Virus record (IMG/VR): IMGVR_UViG_3300045988_005313
Span: 1 to 5,554 of that record
Strand: one strand, 5' to 3'
Length of the DNA stretch: 5,554 nucleotides
Origin: a virus
This document shows, one piece after another, positions 4,158-5,554 of the stretch (positions are counted from its first letter, which is position 1; each line of letters starts with the position of its first letter). The position numbers and the translations under genes are program-made. Under the pieces are notes generated by a model. The model was not told the origin of the DNA, did not search any database, and saw nothing but the letters and a program-made list of their open reading frames with translations.

Positions 4158-5306
4158 ATGGCATGTGCAAGGCCGAACATAAGAATTTTTAGCGATACCG
4201 ACAAAGACTATTTTGCACCGCTGGACTGGTACATACAGCACGGCAAAAAAAGAACCGGCAAGCCGGACATGATAGCAACACAGAAAAGGCGCGAGCGCCA
4301 GCTGAAGGAGATGATCAAGACCGGCGAAGCAGTGCTATGCCCGTGCAAACGCTGCAATGGCTGCATCATGGACAGGGGCAAGAGCTGGGCAAACAGAATG
4401 GAGATGGAGCTGCCATACCATGATCAAGCGTGGTTTTTGACGTTGACTTATGATAACGATCACGCGCCAATGAGCTATGATCAGGGACTAGGCATAGACG
4501 AGCTGACCGGCGAGGTAGTAACGGAAAACTTAACGCTTGACTATACGGACCTAGAAAAATTCTGGAAAAGGCTCAGACGCTGGACAGAGTACAACGATAA
4601 AGCAATCTACATAGACTACAACGGCAAGAAAAAAAATGATCTGATGTATTACGCTGGCGGCGAATACGGAGGAAAAACACACAGACCGCACTACCATGCA
4701 ATAGTATACGGCTTAAAAATTGAAAAAGAGGAGCTGAAAGAGTACAAGAGGGCAAAAGGCAAAGTATACTATACCTGCGAATGGCTCACGAAGCTATGGG
4801 GCAAAGGCTTTGTAATCATCGGTGCAGCGGAATGGCAGAGCATGGCATACACCGCAAGATACTGCACCAAAAAAAGCTATGGAGCAGGTGCAAAGGAATA
4901 TTACAAGAATCTGGCGATACAACCGGAAGATAGCAGAATGTCAACCAATCCGGCAATCGGATGGAGGTACTACGAAGAACATAAAGAGGAAATCTATAAA
5001 AACGACAAAATCCAACTCAAGAAAGGAAGGAGCTGTAAACCGCCTACATACTTCGACAAGCTCTTTGATCTGGAGCACTCAGAAGCCGAACCGCTGACGG
5101 AAGAAGAGTGCAAAGGCATTGAGGATGTAATAATAAAAGCCGAATCCGAAGAACTGAAAGAAATCAAGCGAAAAAGGCGAAAACTTGCCAATGACGCACT
5201 GTTTAATCAGCTCAAACAGACCGGCCTAACTATGCAAGAGTATTATAAACTAAAAGACCAACGGAATCAAGAAAAATTTAAACAGCTGATCAGAACCGAG
5301 GTATAG
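4158..5306 (+). CDS. VP4: Rolling-circle replication initiator VP4 (HUH endonuclease, phiX174 gpA family), 382 aa.
   Basis: Motif I is FLTLTY (nt 4434..4451). Motif II, the HUH motif, is RPHYHAIVY (HYH at 4689..4697). Motif III is the two-tyrosine YTARYCTKK (4848..4874), comparable to phiX gpA YVAKYVNKK. A Cys cluster CPCKRCNGC lies at 4338..4364. AAGGAGG is at 4139..4145. Confidence 0.95.
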   Translation: MACARPNIRIFSDTDKDYFAPLDWYIQHGKKRTGKPDMIATQKRRERQLKEMIKTGEAVLCPCKRCNGCIMDRGKSWANRMEMELPYHDQAWFLTLTYDNDHAPMSYDQGLGIDELTGEVVTENLTLDYTDLEKFWKRLRRWTEYNDKAIYIDYNGKKKNDLMYYAGGEYGGKTHRPHYHAIVYGLKIEKEELKEYKRAKGKVYYTCEWLTKLWGKGFVIIGAAEWQSMAYTARYCTKKSYGAGAKEYYKNLAIQPEDSRMSTNPAIGWRYYEEHKEEIYKNDKIQLKKGRSCKPPTYFDKLFDLEHSEAEPLTEEECKGIEDVIIKAESEELKEIKRKRRKLANDALFNQLKQTGLTMQEYYKLKDQRNQEKFKQLIRTEV

Positions 5307-5379
5307 CCAGATAGCTGCAAACCAGTCAAGGGCAAGTGAACGCGCTTCGCGCGCCCTTGACTAGTCCGCAGCCATCCGG
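5307..5379. repeat. 73-nt composite imperfect palindrome starting at the first base after the VP4 stop codon.
   Basis: The outer arms are 5307-5318 / 5368-5379 (10 of 12 pairs). The perfect 10-bp core is AGTCAAGGGC (5324-5333) / GCCCTTGACT (5353-5362). The apical GCGC ttc GCGC mini-hairpin is at 5342-5352. Confidence 0.85.
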
Positions 5380-5389
5380 CGGGAGCTAA
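5379..5389 (+). repeat. 11-nt direct repeat GCGGGAGCTAA, copy 2 (copy 1 at 4069..4079).
   Basis: Exact match. It overlaps the last base of the palindrome and lies 2 nt upstream of the hairpin at 5392..5423. Confidence 0.85.
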
Positions 5390-5391
5390 TC

Positions 5392-5430
5392 AAGGGGGTT
5401 CACCACAAAGTGGTGACCCCCTTCTTTATT
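5392..5430 (+). terminator. Strong stem-loop (14 bp, one bulged T, loop AAA) followed by CTTCTTTATT. Possible first terminator after VP4, or an ssDNA structural signal.
   Basis: AAGGGGG(T)TCACCAC aaa GTGGTGACCCCCTT was paired position by position (5392-5423). The downstream tail is only partly T-rich. Confidence 0.4.
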
Positions 5431-5440
5431 ATGAGAACGC

Positions 5441-5471
5441 ACAAGGGAAGCCCTTGTTTTTTTTTTTTTTT
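5441..5471 (+). terminator. Rho-independent terminator: ACAAGGG aag CCCTTGT stem followed by a T15 run.
   Basis: 7-bp stem (5441-5447 / 5451-5457) with a 3-nt loop, running straight into 15 consecutive T (5457..5471, equal to 2..16 in copy 1). It lies downstream of the last gene of the single-strand gene array. Confidence 0.75.
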
Positions 5472-5502
5472 GGTAAAATGTAGAAAAAAGGAGGTGAGAT
5501 TA

Positions 5503-5554
5503 ATGAGCTACCGAAAAAGCGTAAATCCCAAGACGGACAAGAAGGTCTTTACCA
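5503..5554 (+). CDS. Second, truncated copy of the small basic protein gene (the same locus as 48..167 on the circle).
   Basis: It lies inside the 99-nt terminal redundancy. ATG 5503 equals 48 + 5455. The window end cuts it off. Confidence 0.6.
   Translation, partial: MSYRKSVNPKTDKKVFT

Noticed and set aside
4311-4406. Internal in-frame ATGs of VP4 (M52, M81, M83) as an A*-like internal start, as in phiX174.
   Set aside because: The GGAG-like sequences abut the ATGs with zero spacing, so they are not functional RBS contexts. There is no other support.
4629-4636. An A8 run inside VP4 (and A7 runs at 4245..4251 and 4869..4875) as programmed frameshift or transcriptional slippage sites.
   Set aside because: Lysine AAA codons and an A-rich genome make such runs expected. 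The shifted frames terminate almost at once, and I saw no downstream stimulatory structure.
4822-5097. 91-aa, highly basic + strand ORF embedded in the +1 frame of VP4. It could be an overlapping gene like phiX B, K or E.
   Set aside because: There is no SD motif upstream of ATG 4822 (CGGTGCAGCGGAATG). The basic composition follows from reading AAA/AAG/AGA-rich sequence out of frame. There is no hydrophobic segment. It cannot be fully excluded without conservation analysis.
5421-5447. A possible XerC/XerD dif-like site (TTATG core) that could mediate prophage integration, as reported for enterobacterial gokushoviruses.
   Set aside because: Only TTATG matches. The flanking arms do not fit the E. 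coli (GGTGCGCATAA-N6-TTATGTTAAAT) or Bacillus dif consensus. I found no better candidate at 4041..4059 either.

Overview
The window is a complete ssDNA microvirus genome (Microviridae, Gokushovirinae-like gene set), linearised with overlap. Positions 1..99 repeat exactly at 5456..5554, so the circular unit is 5455 nt. All credible genes are on the + strand, and each has a Shine-Dalgarno motif upstream. In order they are: a 39-aa highly basic protein (48..167, below the ORF-track cutoff), a 60-aa RHH-like protein (164..346), VP5 (336..587), VP3 scaffold (580..1071), VP1 major capsid (1077..2798), VP2 pilot protein (2811..3734), a 69-aa CopG/Arc-like RHH protein (3810..4019) and the HUH rolling-circle initiator VP4 (4158..5306). 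All minus-strand ORFs in the track look like artefacts of a T-poor + strand. The non-canonical content is regulatory. There are two small ribbon-helix-helix-like proteins. One has its own TTGACA-17-TATACT promoter and sits directly upstream of the Rep gene, an arrangement like the copG-repB copy-control cassette of rolling-circle plasmids. A motif is shared between the two promoter/initiation regions, with periodic GGTGTAT/TGTA repeats at the second one. An 11-mer, GCGGGAGCTAA, is followed by a long bulged G5/C5 hairpin on both sides of the rep gene. A 73-nt composite palindrome follows the rep stop codon. A hairpin plus T15 terminator is fused to an extended -10 promoter. I saw no integrase, no lysis gene, no tRNA and no CRISPR. 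All functional assignments come from reading motifs by eye and need profile or structure searches to confirm.
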